A stretch of 63,634 nt of DNA, filler included, from Thermodesulfobacteriota bacterium (GCA_036381125.1; 7 parts of 7 records of this genome joined end to end with filler, not necessarily neighbours in it), one strand, 5' to 3'; positions 10,895 to 23,387 are shown, counted from the whole stretch's first letter. A program made the numbers and translations. The notes: generated by a model not told the origin, from the sequence alone.

Positions 10895-11512
10895 ATGCAC
10901 GTCGTCGTCTACTCGGACTACGTCTGACCCTGGGCCTACAACGCGGCCGTGTGGCTGCGTCGGGCCGAGGACGAGGCGCGGGCGGAGGGCCGCCCGATCG
11001 CCGTCGAGTGGCGGACCTTCTCCCTCGAGCAGGTCAACAGCAGGACCCCCGAGACGAAAGTCTGGGACCACCCGGAGCGGCGGTGGCGCAGCGTCGCCGC
11101 GCTCGCCGCGGCACAGGCGGCGCGCCGGCTCGACCCCGGCCGCTTCCCCGCCTTCCACATGGCGCTCTTCGAGGCACGCCACCTGCGGGCCCAGGACCTC
11201 TCCGACCCGGCCACCCTCGACGCCGTCGCCGAAGCGGCCGGCTACGACCGGGCCGCCTTCGCGGCCGCGCGCGCCTCGGCGGAGGCCTGGCGGGAGGTCG
11301 GGCGCGACCACGAGGCGGCCGCCGAGCGGGGCGTCTTCGGCACGCCGACGCTCGTCTTCGGCCCGAAGGCGGTCTTCCTCAAGATGCAGCCGGCCCCGGA
11401 GGAGGAGAGCGCCCTGACCCTCCTCGAGGACATCGTCGACCTGCACCTGCGCGCCCCGTACATTCTCGAGATGAAGCAGCCCGAGGCGGTCACCGCGCGG
11501 GCGAGGGGCTGA
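10895..11512 (+). CDS. DsbA/FrnE-like thioredoxin-fold protein, predicted selenoprotein (Sec at TGA 10925-10927)
   Basis: MHVVVYSDYV-TGA-PWAY reads in frame into ORF 10949-11512, which has GVFGTPT. The TGA sits at the first Cys position of the CxxC motif, and a SECIS-like hairpin follows. Confidence 0.8.
10941..10960 (+). promoter_or_regulatory. Putative bacterial SECIS element
   Basis: Stem ACGCGGCC/GGCTGCGT (8 bp, one G-U) with a GTGT loop starting with G, 21 nt after the UGA. Confidence 0.7.
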
Positions 11513-11701
11513 TCGCTCCCCGGCCGAGATCGGCAACGCCGCACTCGCCGATTCCCTCGGGTGCCGCCGGTCACCGCCGACCGGCGGCTCGTGGGCGCGA
11601 CGGCGAGGACCCCGCCCGGTCGATCGATCATTGCGTCCTTCCCACGTGACGCGCCGCCGCGGACGTGCTATAAGGCCGGCCTCCGCCATGCCGGGAGGCG
11701 C

Positions 11702-12943
11702 ATGACCACCCGAACGAAGCTCGCCTGGGTCGCCCTCGTCTACTTCGCGGAAGGGCTGCCGTACGGCCTGATCTTCGACACGTTCAACGCGTACTTCGCG
11801 ACCGCGGGACTGAACCTCCGGAGCATCGGCCTGCTCACGTCGGTGAGCCTCCCCTGGACGCTCAAGTTCCTCTGGGCCCCGGCGGTCGACCTCTGGGGGG
11901 AGCGGCGCCACTGGTTCGCCGCCGCGCAGTTTGCGGTGGCGGCGATCCTGGCGCTCTTCGCCGTCGCCCCGCCCGGGACCGACGTCGACCGGATCTGGCT
12001 CCTCCTCTTCTGCGTGGCGCTCGCCGGCGCCACGCAGGACATCGCCATCGACGCGTACACGATCGACCTGGTCGACCGCGACGAGATGGGCCGCGCGAAC
12101 GGCGTCCGCCAGACGACCTACCGGCTGGCCACCAGCGTCACCGCCGGCGGCCTCCTCCTCTGGCTCGCCGACCTGGCCGGCTGGCCGACGACGTTCGGGG
12201 TCACGTCGGCCATCTTCGTGGCCCTCGGGCTCCTCTCGCTGCGCACGCCGCGCGTCCTGCGCCCCACGCCGGCGCGCCAGGGGCGGCCATTCCGGGAGCG
12301 CCTGGAGGGCGCGGTCGTCTGGCCCTTCATGCTCTTCGTACGGCGCGCGGGGCTCGCGAGCTTCCTCGGCATCCTCGGCTTCGTGGTGCTCTTCCGCGTC
12401 GGGGAGTACGCGCTCGGGCCGATGGTCACGCCCTTCCGCGTCCAGCGCGGGCTCACCCTGGCCGAGATCGGCCTGCTGACCGGCTTCGTGTCGCCCGCGG
12501 CGACGATCACCGGCTTCCTGGCCGCGGGATGGCTCACGACCCGACTCGGCATCTTCCGCGCCCTGATCGTCCTCGGGTTCTTCCAGGCCGCCTCGAACCT
12601 CGGCTACTCGGCCGCGGCGCTCGCGCCCGAGGGGCTCAAGTGGCCGCTCTACGCCGCCTCGGCCGTCGAGTCCTTCTGCGGCGGCCTCGGCTCGACCCCC
12701 TTCATCACCTTCCTGACGGCGATCTGCTCGAGGGGCCACGCGGCAACCCAGTTCGCCCTCCTCACGGCGCTCTTCAACATCACCGGGCTCGTCGCGCGGA
12801 CGAGCTCGGGGTTCCTCGCGGAGTGGATGGGGTTCGCCGCCTACTTCGCGGCCACGTTCGTCATCTCCTTCTCGGCCTACGTCTTCCTGCCGGCGATCAG
12901 GCGATGGACGCCGAAGGACGAGACGGTCACCCGTCGAGCCTGA
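11702..12943 (+). CDS. ampG: AmpG-like muropeptide MFS transporter
   Basis: YFAEGLPYG, LPWTLKFLWAP.VD, ATQDIAIDAY, ATQFALLTA. Confidence 0.85.
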   Translation: MTTRTKLAWVALVYFAEGLPYGLIFDTFNAYFATAGLNLRSIGLLTSVSLPWTLKFLWAPAVDLWGERRHWFAAAQFAVAAILALFAVAPPGTDVDRIWLLLFCVALAGATQDIAIDAYTIDLVDRDEMGRANGVRQTTYRLATSVTAGGLLLWLADLAGWPTTFGVTSAIFVALGLLSLRTPRVLRPTPARQGRPFRERLEGAVVWPFMLFVRRAGLASFLGILGFVVLFRVGEYALGPMVTPFRVQRGLTLAEIGLLTGFVSPAATITGFLAAGWLTTRLGIFRALIVLGFFQAASNLGYSAAALAPEGLKWPLYAASAVESFCGGLGSTPFITFLTAICSRGHAATQFALLTALFNITGLVARTSSGFLAEWMGFAAYFAATFVISFSAYVFLPAIRRWTPKDETVTRRA

Positions 12944-13559
12944 GGATCCCGCGCGAGAGCGCCACGGTCACCGCCTGCGTCCGGTCCTCCACGCCGAGCT
13001 TGGAGAAGACGTGGAGGAGATGCGTCTTGACCGTCGCCTCGCTGATCGCCAGGTCGCGGGCGATCTCCTTGTTGGTCCGACCCCGGCCCACCAGCTCGAG
13101 CACCTCGATCTCGCGAGCGCTCAGCGCCTCCTGCCCCGGCGCACGCATCTTCCCCATGACGCGCGACGCGACGGCCGGCGCGAGGACCGACGCTCCCGCG
13201 GCCACGGCGCGTACGGCGTGGAACAGGTCCTCCCGCCTCGCGTCCTTGAGCACGTACCCCGTGGCCCCGGCCTCGATCGCGCGCACGATGTCGGCGTCGG
13301 TGTCGTAGGTGGTGAGGACGAGCACGCGGATGCCCGGCTCCCGTCCGCGGATCGTGGCGGTCGCCGCGATGCCGTCGACACGCGGCATCCGGAGGTCCAT
13401 GAGCACCACGTCCGGGCGCGACCGAAGCGCGGCCTCGACCGCGCCGGCGCCGTCCGCGGCCTCGCCCACGACCTCGAAGTCGGGCTCCGACCCGAGCATC
13501 CCCCTGAGCCCGTCCCTGACGACCGGATGGTCGTCGGCGATCACGACCCGGATCGTCAC
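12927..13559 (-). CDS. NarL/LuxR-family response regulator
   Basis: IADDHPVVR, MDLRMP, GYVLKD receiver domain; LSAREIEVL...TVKTHL LuxR HTH; start overlaps the kinase stop. Confidence 0.93.
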   Translation of the reverse strand: MTIRVVIADDHPVVRDGLRGMLGSEPDFEVVGEAADGAGAVEAALRSRPDVVLMDLRMPRVDGIAATATIRGREPGIRVLVLTTYDTDADIVRAIEAGATGYVLKDARREDLFHAVRAVAAGASVLAPAVASRVMGKMRAPGQEALSAREIEVLELVGRGRTNKEIARDLAISEATVKTHLLHVFSKLGVEDRTQAVTVALSRGILRLDG

Positions 13560-14821
13560 GACGCGAGCGCCTCGCGCGACGCGGCCGCCCGCTCGCCGGC
13601 GCGGGGCCCGAGCGGCAGCTCGACGACCAGCGACGTGCCCTCCCCGGGCGCGCTTTCGATCGTCAGAGAGCCGCCCAGCGCCTCGGCCCGCTCCCGCATC
13701 GCCACGAGCCCCAGGCCGCCCAGCCGGTCCGGGCCGGCCGGGCGGGAGCCCGCGTCGAAGCCGACGCCGTCGTCCCGGACGTCGAGCGCGACCAGGTCGT
13801 CCATGTAGGACAGCGTCACCGTGACCCGGCGCGCGCGGGCGTGGCGGCGCACGTTGGCGAGCGCCTCCTGGGCGGCTCGCATCACGGTCACCTCGAGGTC
13901 GGCGGCAAGCCGACGCGGCTCGCCCGTCACGACGGTGCGCGCGGCGATCCCGGTCTGGCGGGCCAGCTCGGCCGTCGTCCGGGCGAGCGCGTCCGGCAGC
14001 GTGCCGCGCTCGAGCGACTCCGGCCGAAGCGCCCACACGACGCGCCGCGCCTCCCTGAGCCCCTCACGCGCGGCCTCCCGCGCCTGCGCGACGTGGTCGG
14101 CGGCCGCGGCCGGCTGCGTCCGCATCGACGCCTCCGCCGCCTCGAGGAGCATCACGATGCTCGTGAACGCCTGGGCGAGCGTGTCGTGCAGCTCGCCGGC
14201 GAGGCGCTGACGCTCCTCGAGCACCCCCGCGCGCCGCTCCGTCGCGGCCAGCTCGCGGCGCGTCGCCGTCAGCTCGTCGATGAGGCGTTGCCTGCGGCGG
14301 CTCTGGTCCGCGATGGCCCGGACGGACACGACGATCAGCGTGAGCATCGCGACGCTGACGGCGGTCCAGACCAGGTGCAGCGGGTCGAGGGCGCCGCGAA
14401 CCCCGTAGGGAAGGTGGCCCAGGAGCCCGATCAGGGCCGCCGCGGCGATGCTGGCCCGCCAGCGCAGGCACCCGAGGACCTGCACCAGGGCCGTGACCCC
14501 GAGGATCTCGTAGGCGGGGTCGAGCAGCAGCAGGCCTGTCCAGGCCAGCGCGGCCCCTCCGAAGTACGTCGCCCGGAGGCGGCTCGACTTCGCGAGCGCG
14601 TCCGCCCGGCGGACCATCCACCAGGCGTACCAGGCCCCGAGCAGGCCGGCGAGGCCGGCCGCCAGTGCCCGGCGCCCCGTCGCCGCCGCTCCGCCGAGCG
14701 CGAGCGCCGTCGCCGTCGCCAGAGTCCCGTAGAACAGGAGGTGACCGAGGGCCGCCCAGCGACCGCCCGGCCCCAGGGGCGGGCAGGCGGCGTCGGCCAT
14801 CCTCGCATCCGCGTCGCTCAT
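13556..14821 (-). CDS. HisKA_3-type membrane sensor histidine kinase
   Basis: N-terminal TM segments, ERQRLAGELHDTLAQ, QEALANVRRHA, DDGVGF, GLGL. Confidence 0.92.
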   Translation of the reverse strand: MSDADARMADAACPPLGPGGRWAALGHLLFYGTLATATALALGGAAATGRRALAAGLAGLLGAWYAWWMVRRADALAKSSRLRATYFGGAALAWTGLLLLDPAYEILGVTALVQVLGCLRWRASIAAAALIGLLGHLPYGVRGALDPLHLVWTAVSVAMLTLIVVSVRAIADQSRRRQRLIDELTATRRELAATERRAGVLEERQRLAGELHDTLAQAFTSIVMLLEAAEASMRTQPAAAADHVAQAREAAREGLREARRVVWALRPESLERGTLPDALARTTAELARQTGIAARTVVTGEPRRLAADLEVTVMRAAQEALANVRRHARARRVTVTLSYMDDLVALDVRDDGVGFDAGSRPAGPDRLGGLGLVAMRERAEALGGSLTIESAPGEGTSLVVELPLGPRAGERAAASREALAS

Positions 14822-14850
14822 GCCCCCATTTCAGCACACGCGACCGGCCC

Positions 14851-14878
14851 GCGGCATCAACCGTTCGGTCGATGCCGC
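14851..14878. promoter_or_regulatory. Palindromic operator between the divergent kinase and oxidoreductase genes
   Basis: GCGGCATCAACCG-TT-CGGTCGATGCCGC (13-bp arms, 1 mismatch); a further half-site CGGTCGATG near 14913. Confidence 0.55.
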
Positions 14879-14954
14879 CCTCCCTCGGCCCGCCGAGCGG
14901 ATCGTGGCCGTCCGGTCGATGTCGGCGCGCCGCCCCGCCCCTAGCATGGGGCGC

Positions 14955-15998
14955 ATGTTCGACACGATCGTCGTCGGTGGAGGGCAGGCCGGTCTCGCGA
15001 TGGGCTACTACCTCGCCAGGCAGGGGCGCGACTTCCTCATCCTCGACGCCCACGCCCGGGTCGGCGACGCCTGGCGCCTGCGCTGGGACTCGCTGCGGCT
15101 CTTCACACCGGCGCGGTACGACGCCCTGCCGGGGATGCCGTTCCTGGCGGCCCCCGACGCCCTGCCGACGAAGGACCAGGTGGCCGACTACCTGGAGGCC
15201 TACGCCGCGCGCCTCGGCCTCCCGGTCCGGCCCTCGGTCGCCGTCGATGCCGTGGAGGAGGAGGCCGGCCGCTACGTGCTCCGCTCCGGCGATCGGCGCT
15301 TCGAGGCGAAGCGCGTCGTCCTGGCGACCGGCGCGTTCCGGGCGCCCCGAGTACCGGCCTTCTCGTCGGACCTCGACCCCTGCATCGTGCAGGTCCACTC
15401 GAGCCGCTACCGGAACCTCGGCCAGCTACGGGACGGCCCGGTCCTGGTCGTGGGCGCCGGCAACTCGGGCGCGGAGATCGCGCTCGAGGCGGCCCCGCGC
15501 CATCCCACCTGGCTCTCGGGCCGCGATACGGGCCGCCTCCCCGGCCTGACGGGGCGGATCACGGGGCCTCTCCTCTGGTGGGCCGCGAGCCGCGTCCTGA
15601 CCGTCGACCGCGCGCTCGGGCGGTGGGCGAGGCGGCGCGCGGTCGGGCACGGCGGGCCGCTCGTGGGCATCGGACCGCGAGCGCTCCAGGCGGCCGGCGT
15701 GCGGCGGGTCGGTCGCACGGTCGGCTCGCGCGGCGGCCGCCCCGTCCTCGAGGACGGACAGGTCCTCGACGTCGCCAACGTCGTCTGGTGCACCGGCTTC
15801 GGCCCCGACTTCGGCTTCGTGCGGCTTCCGGTGCTCGGCCCGGACGGCTACCCGGTCCACGACCGGGGCGTGGTCGCCGGGGCACGCGGCCTCTACGTCC
15901 TCGGGCTCCCCTTCCAGCGCTCGCTGGCCTCGCACTCGATCGGCGGCGTCGGGGCGGATGCGGCGTACATCGCGGAGGCGATCGCTGCGGCTCGGTGA
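14955..15998 (+). CDS. Flavin-containing monooxygenase / NAD(P)-FAD oxidoreductase
   Basis: GGGQAG, WDSLRLFTP, QVHSSRY, VGAGNSG, WCTGF. Confidence 0.88.
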   Translation: MFDTIVVGGGQAGLAMGYYLARQGRDFLILDAHARVGDAWRLRWDSLRLFTPARYDALPGMPFLAAPDALPTKDQVADYLEAYAARLGLPVRPSVAVDAVEEEAGRYVLRSGDRRFEAKRVVLATGAFRAPRVPAFSSDLDPCIVQVHSSRYRNLGQLRDGPVLVVGAGNSGAEIALEAAPRHPTWLSGRDTGRLPGLTGRITGPLLWWAASRVLTVDRALGRWARRRAVGHGGPLVGIGPRALQAAGVRRVGRTVGSRGGRPVLEDGQVLDVANVVWCTGFGPDFGFVRLPVLGPDGYPVHDRGVVAGARGLYVLGLPFQRSLASHSIGGVGADAAYIAEAIAAAR

Positions 15999-16656
15999 CC
16001 TCCTCTTCGCGCTCGCCGGCCGGCGAGGCGACCCGGTCGCAGTCTACGACCACCTGGCGCCCCGCTACGAGCGGGTCCACGGGCGCTGGCTCCGCGCGGG
16101 GGGCGCGGAGGCCCTCGCCGCGCTCGAGGGGTGCCTCGCCGCGGAACTCAGGCCGGGCGCGCGGGTGCTCGACGCCGCCTGCGGCACGGGGGCGCTCGCC
16201 CGCTGGATCGCGGAGCACGAGCCGCGCGCGAGACTCACCATGCTCGACGCGGCGCCCGGCATGCTGGCGCGCGCGGCGGCCGTGCCCGGACGGCGCGTGC
16301 AGGGCGACCTCGGCGCCCTGCCCTTCGCCGACGGCGCCTTCGACATCGTGACCTGCGCCTGGGGCCTCGAGACGCTCGCGGACCCGGCTCGCGGGCTCTC
16401 GGAGCTCGGGCGGGTGCTCGCGCCGGGCGGCCTCCTTGCCTACTGCTTCTGTACGGCGCCGAGGCGATGGAGCGTCCGGGCGCGGTCGCTCCCGATGCGC
16501 CTGGCCGTCGAGCACGTCTTCGGCGGACGGTTCCTCCGGGCCGACTTCTCGCCCGGCCTCGACGGCGCTCGTGCGCGGCGGGTCCACGGCCGCCTGGGCC
16601 TCTCGACGTTCGTGTGCTACCGGAAGCCGGCAGCGGCCGGCGCCGGCCGCCGCTGA
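15958..16656 (+). CDS. Class I SAM-dependent methyltransferase
   Basis: VLDAACGTG, LPFADGAFD, RVLAPGG; start uncertain (41-nt overlap with the upstream gene). Confidence 0.82.
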   Translation: MRRTSRRRSLRLGDLLFALAGRRGDPVAVYDHLAPRYERVHGRWLRAGGAEALAALEGCLAAELRPGARVLDAACGTGALARWIAEHEPRARLTMLDAAPGMLARAAAVPGRRVQGDLGALPFADGAFDIVTCAWGLETLADPARGLSELGRVLAPGGLLAYCFCTAPRRWSVRARSLPMRLAVEHVFGGRFLRADFSPGLDGARARRVHGRLGLSTFVCYRKPAAAGAGRR

Positions 16657-16675
16657 GCCGGGGGCCGGCGATCGA

Positions 16676-17551
16676 TCACCCGTCCGCCGGCAGGAACCGG
16701 TCCACCACCTCCCGCGCGAGGCCCGGCCGGTTCGTGACGATGCCGTCCGCGCCGGCGGCGAGCAGGCGGCGCATCTCGATCGGGTCGTCGACGGTCCAGA
16801 CGTGCACGGCGAGGCGCGCGGCGTGGGCGGCGGCGACGGCGCCCGGCGTGACGAGCGCGAGTCCCCGATGGCGTGGCGGGACCTGGAGGGCCGCCGACGA
16901 ATCCGGGATCCGACCGGTCTTCCGGAGCCGCTCCCCCGTGTCCCGCGGCGTGCGGCCGGGGACGCACCGGCCGGCCCAGTAGGCCACGTAGAAGGCGCGC
17001 ACCTCCACCTGTGCGAGGCCGGTCGCGATGCCGCCGTCGAGCCGCCGCACCTCGGCGAGCACGGCCGCGTCGAAGGAGGTGAGGAGCGTCCGGTCGGCCG
17101 CGCCGGCCCGGTGGACGGTCTCCACGACCGCCCGCGCCATCTCGGGGTCGTGGTCCTTGAGGTCCACGTTGATGCCGAGCGTCGGGTGCGCGGAGAGCAC
17201 CTCGGCCAGCGTCGGGACGGCGATGCCGCGGCCCCGGTACGGGAACGTCCTGCCGCCGTCCATCGTGAAGCGATACCCGGCGTCGAACCGGCGCAGCCCC
17301 TCGAGGGTGAGCGCGCGCACGGGCGCCCGGCCGTTGGTGAGGCGGTCGGTGGTGTCGTCGTGATGCACGACCACGACGCCGTCGGCCGTGAGGCGGACGT
17401 CGATCTCGAGGGCGTCGGCCCCCTGGAGCTCCGCGAGGGCGAAGGCGGGCAGCGTGTTCTCGGGCGCCTCGGCCGACGCCCCGCGGTGGGCCAGGACGAC
17501 GCGCCGCCCCGGCGTCCAGTGAGGCTCGCGCCGCCGGCTGCCGGCGCTCAC
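16676..17551 (-). CDS. Glycerophosphodiester phosphodiesterase
   Basis: AHRGAS.EAPENT, EIDVRLTADG..VVHHD, WTVDD, GIVTNRP. Confidence 0.92.
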   Translation of the reverse strand: MSAGSRRREPHWTPGRRVVLAHRGASAEAPENTLPAFALAELQGADALEIDVRLTADGVVVVHHDDTTDRLTNGRAPVRALTLEGLRRFDAGYRFTMDGGRTFPYRGRGIAVPTLAEVLSAHPTLGINVDLKDHDPEMARAVVETVHRAGAADRTLLTSFDAAVLAEVRRLDGGIATGLAQVEVRAFYVAYWAGRCVPGRTPRDTGERLRKTGRIPDSSAALQVPPRHRGLALVTPGAVAAAHAARLAVHVWTVDDPIEMRRLLAAGADGIVTNRPGLAREVVDRFLPADG

Positions 17552-18112
17552 GGGAGGTCGGGCCGCTCCGGATCGCGCCGGCGAGTCGGGTCCTCCATCG
17601 GCAGGTCCGACCGGCAGCTCCACTCGAGCCAGGCGCCGAGGTAGTTGCGGACGGCGGGGTAGCCGAGGCGCCGGAGCGCCAGGTAGGTGTGGGCCCCGCG
17701 GTAGCCGCCCTGGCAGTACGCGATGACCTCGCGGTCCGGCGTCACCCCGAGCCGCTCGAACTGCGCGGCGAGCCGGTCCTCCGGCAGGAGGCGTCCCGCC
17801 TCGTCGACGCTCCGCAGCCACTCGAGGTGGACGGAGCCGGGAATGGTGCCGGCGCGCGGGCCGCGCACCAGGCGGCCGAGGAACTCGTCGTCGCTGCGGG
17901 TGTCGACGAGCGCCGTGTCGGACCGGCCGAGCGCCGCGCGTACGTCGTCCACGGTGGCGAGCCGCTCGCGCCTCGGCCGCGGCGTGAGGACCGCCGCCGT
18001 GGGCGGCACGGCATCGCGCGTGACCGGCATGCCGGCCGCGACCCACGCGTTGTAGCCGCCGTCGAGGACGTGCACGTCCTCGTGCCCGAAGTAGTCGAGG
18101 ATCCAGAAGCCG
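17548..18112 (-). CDS. Tandem rhodanese / sulfurtransferase (5' truncated by gap)
   Basis: VHVLDGG, DTRS..EF.G, GTIPGS, active-site YCQGGYRG, YLGAWLEW. Confidence 0.88.
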
Positions 18113-18212
18113 NNNNNNNNNNNNNNNNNNNNNNNNNNNNNNNNNNNNNNNNNNNNTTAATTAATTAANNNNNNNNNNNNNNNNNNNNNNNNNNNNNNNN
18201 NNNNNNNNNNNN
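18113..18212. other. Artificial contig linker (N44-TTAATTAATTAA-N44)
   Basis: Six-frame-stop spacer, identical at all six gaps. Confidence 0.98.
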
Positions 18213-18240
18213 AGCCGATTTTCGTTTCCCAGGAGCACGC

Positions 18241-20789
<2,549 letters not shown>

Positions 20790-20793
<4 letters not shown>

Positions 20794-21314
20794 GGGCGGC
20801 GCGGCTTCGCGGACTCGTCGCCTCGACAGCGCTCGCCGTGGCCCTCGCCGGCTGCGGCTACACGTTCCAGGGGGCGCAGAAGGCGCTGCCGGGAGGCGCG
20901 ACGACGATCGCGATCCCGATCCTCGCCAACCCCACGCTCGAGCCGGAGCTGGCGTCGATCCTCACGGCCTCCATCCGCGACCAGTTCGCGCGCACGCAGG
21001 CGATCCGCCTGGTGCGGACCGAGGCCGCGGAGGCGATCCTCCGCGGCCGGGTCGTCGGCTTCTCGGTCGACACGGTCGCCTTCGACGCGCAGGGGCTCGC
21101 CCTCGAGTACCGGGCCACGCTGACGCTGAGCCTCACCCTCACCGACCCCGACGGGGCCCGCATCTTCTGGGCCGACCCCGCCGTACGGGGCACCGATACC
21201 TACCGGGCGGCCAGCGACCCGCTCGTCACCGAGGCGAACCGGCGAGAGGCGGTGCGTCGGATCGCGGCCGACATCGGGCGATCGGTCAGGGATCGGGTGC
21301 TCGCCGGCTTCTGA
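20790..21314 (+). CDS. lptE: LPS assembly lipoprotein LptE
   Basis: Lipobox LAGC-GYTF; conserved position between leuS and holA; GTG start overlaps the leuS stop. Confidence 0.82.
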
Positions 21315-21449
21315 GCGGCGCCTCGCCCCACTCGAAGGCGACCAGGGCCGCGTCGTCCGGCAGCGAGATCGGCGCGCGGCGCGCGCGGAGCGCGGCGGGG
21401 ACGGCGGGCCAGGTCTACCACACCGGGCGGGGGTCGAGCGGGAAGGCGA

Positions 21450-22487
21450 ATGGGCGGAACGAGCGTCGTCGAGTTCGAGCGGGCCCTCGGCAAGGGGGTC
21501 GTGCCGGCCGTGGTGCTGTTCGTCGGCGAGGAGGCGCGCCTCGTCGACCGCGGGCTCGCGCGCCTGAGGGAGGCCGTCGTGCCGGCCGCGCAGCGCGACT
21601 TCAACGAGGATCGCCTGCGCGCGGACGACCTCGACGCGCCGCGCCTCGAGGACAGCCTCCGCACGCTCCCCGTCCTCGGCGGGCGGCGCCTGGTGATCGT
21701 GCGCGACGCCCACCGGCTGGAGGACCGGGGGGCGAGGTGCGAGGCGATGCAGGCAGCCCTCGTCGCCTACGTCGAGGCGCCGGTCGAGACCACGGTGCTC
21801 GCCCTGGCCGCCGAGAAGGTCGACCGTCGGCTCAAGGTCTGGAAGGCGGTCGAGAAGGTGGGGGTCGTCGTCGACTGCGGCCCACCCGACGAGGCGACGC
21901 TTCCGGCCCGCCTCGAGGCGGAGGCGGCGGCCGCGGGCGTCCGGTTCGAGCCTGGCGCGGCAAGGTTCCTGGTGGAGCTGGCCGGACACGACCTGGGCGT
22001 CCTCGAGGGCGAGGTCGCCAAGCTCGCCGCCTTCGTGGGCGAGGGAGGCCGCATCACCGCCGAGTCGGTGCGCCAGATGCTCGAGAGCCGCCGAGCGGGC
22101 GAGACCTCGGTCTTCGAGTGGGTGGACGCGGTGGCCGCCCGGCGCACGGACGACGCGCTCACCGGCCTCGCGCGGCTCCTCGACGCCGGGGAGGAGCCGC
22201 TGCGCCTCCTCGCGCTCCTCGCGCGACAGGTGCGCCTCGTCCTCGCGACGCGATCGATGCTCGCACGGGGCGCGAGCACGCAGGAGGTTGCCGAGCGGGT
22301 CGTGCCGCGGGCGCGCTTCCTCGCCCGCAAGCTGGTCGACCAGGCGCGGCAGCACCGCGACCGCGACCTCTTCGAGATGCACGACGCGCTCGTGGAGGCC
22401 GACCTGGCCCTCAAGTCGAGCCCGGCCTCTCAGCGCTTCGTGATGGAGCGGCTGGTCCTGGCGCTCTGCAGGCCGCGAACGCCCTGA
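21450..22487 (+). CDS. holA: DNA polymerase III subunit delta
   Basis: LFVGEE, RRLVIVRDA, KVDRR, EVAKL, DLALKSS; leuS-lptE-holA synteny. Confidence 0.9.
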   Translation: MGGTSVVEFERALGKGVVPAVVLFVGEEARLVDRGLARLREAVVPAAQRDFNEDRLRADDLDAPRLEDSLRTLPVLGGRRLVIVRDAHRLEDRGARCEAMQAALVAYVEAPVETTVLALAAEKVDRRLKVWKAVEKVGVVVDCGPPDEATLPARLEAEAAAAGVRFEPGAARFLVELAGHDLGVLEGEVAKLAAFVGEGGRITAESVRQMLESRRAGETSVFEWVDAVAARRTDDALTGLARLLDAGEEPLRLLALLARQVRLVLATRSMLARGASTQEVAERVVPRARFLARKLVDQARQHRDRDLFEMHDALVEADLALKSSPASQRFVMERLVLALCRPRTP

Positions 22488-22515
22488 GCACGCCACGCGG
22501 CTGGCGACTTCCAGC

Positions 22516-22649
22516 CGGCGCTCGGGCCTACGGCCCGGGGCCGCTTGCGCGGGACGTGGAGCGGGGACTGGATCGGCTCCTGTCGTCGGGAGCCGCCCAT
22601 GGACCGGTGTCGCGGCGCTCGGGCCTGCGGCCCGGGGCCGCTTGCGCGG
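22516..22649. repeat. Two 37-bp hairpin-containing direct repeats (22516-22552, 22613-22649)
   Basis: CGGCGCTCGGGCCT(A/G)CGGCCCGGGGCCGCTTGCGCGG twice with 1 mismatch; 60-bp spacer containing another hairpin. Confidence 0.75.
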
Positions 22650-22661
22650 CCCGCGTCTACG

Positions 22662-22934
22662 CTACTTGCCTGCGGTCGCCTTGTGGGCGGCCTTCATGAG
22701 CCGGGAGATCTTCCTGGAGGCGGTCCGCTTGTGCAGGACGCCCTTCGAGGCGGCCTTGTCGAGGGCGGGCACGGCCGAGGCGAGCGCGGCCGCCACCGCG
22801 GCGGGGTCGTTCGAGCCGAGCGCGACCCGCACCTTCTTGACCTCGGTCCTCACGCGCGACTTGACGCTGACGTTGCGGGCCCGGCGGCGCAGGCTCTGGC
22901 GGTGCCGCTTGAGGGCCGACTTGTGGTTGGCCAC
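22662..22934 (-). CDS. rpsT: 30S ribosomal protein S20
   Basis: MANHKSALKRHRQS...KGVLHKRTASRKISRL. Confidence 0.97.
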   Translation of the reverse strand: MANHKSALKRHRQSLRRRARNVSVKSRVRTEVKKVRVALGSNDPAAVAAALASAVPALDKAASKGVLHKRTASRKISRLMKAAHKATAGK

Positions 22935-23003
22935 GGATGCTCCTCCCGATGCGGGCGCGGGGCCGACGAACGGGGCCGCCGACGCTGAAGACGTAACCGC
23001 AAA

Positions 23004-23032
23004 CTACTATCAACCGACCCGGTGGGTGTCAA
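23004..23032 (-). promoter_or_regulatory. Sigma70-type promoter of rpsT
   Basis: TTGACA-17 nt-TAGTAG on the minus strand, with TG extended -10. Confidence 0.55.
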
Positions 23033-23387
23033 GCCGAGGCAGGCCCGGCATGCAGCGGGCCGCGAGAGGGCCTCCCGCGAGAGACGCAGAAGCCGCGGCC
23101 AGCGCGCCTCCCGCTCGCCTGCGGGCCTCGATTGCGGCCTCCCACGAGGCCGGGGTGCACGGAAGCCGCACCAGGACCGGCGGGAGCCGTCGCCGGTCCC
23201 GCCGTCAAGATAAACACGGGGGCTTGCACGGAAGGGCAACCCCCCGGTCGGCGCCGCGTCCAGGCCCGGTTCGAGGGCAGCGGGCGAGCGTCAGCTCGCC
23301 AACCCCGCGATTCCTCTGCTGTTTCGCTGGCTGCACAAATTTCGGGCAGAGCGCGCAAAGCCGTAGAGATCCGAGCCGTTCGTTTCA

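Noticed and set aside
10925-10927. TGA as a pseudogene-causing nonsense mutation
   Set aside because: It falls exactly on the catalytic Cys position and has a SECIS-like hairpin, so Sec recoding is more likely.
22516-22649. Possible mini CRISPR array (37-bp palindromic repeats)
   Set aside because: Only two repeats, a 60-bp spacer, no leader and no cas genes.
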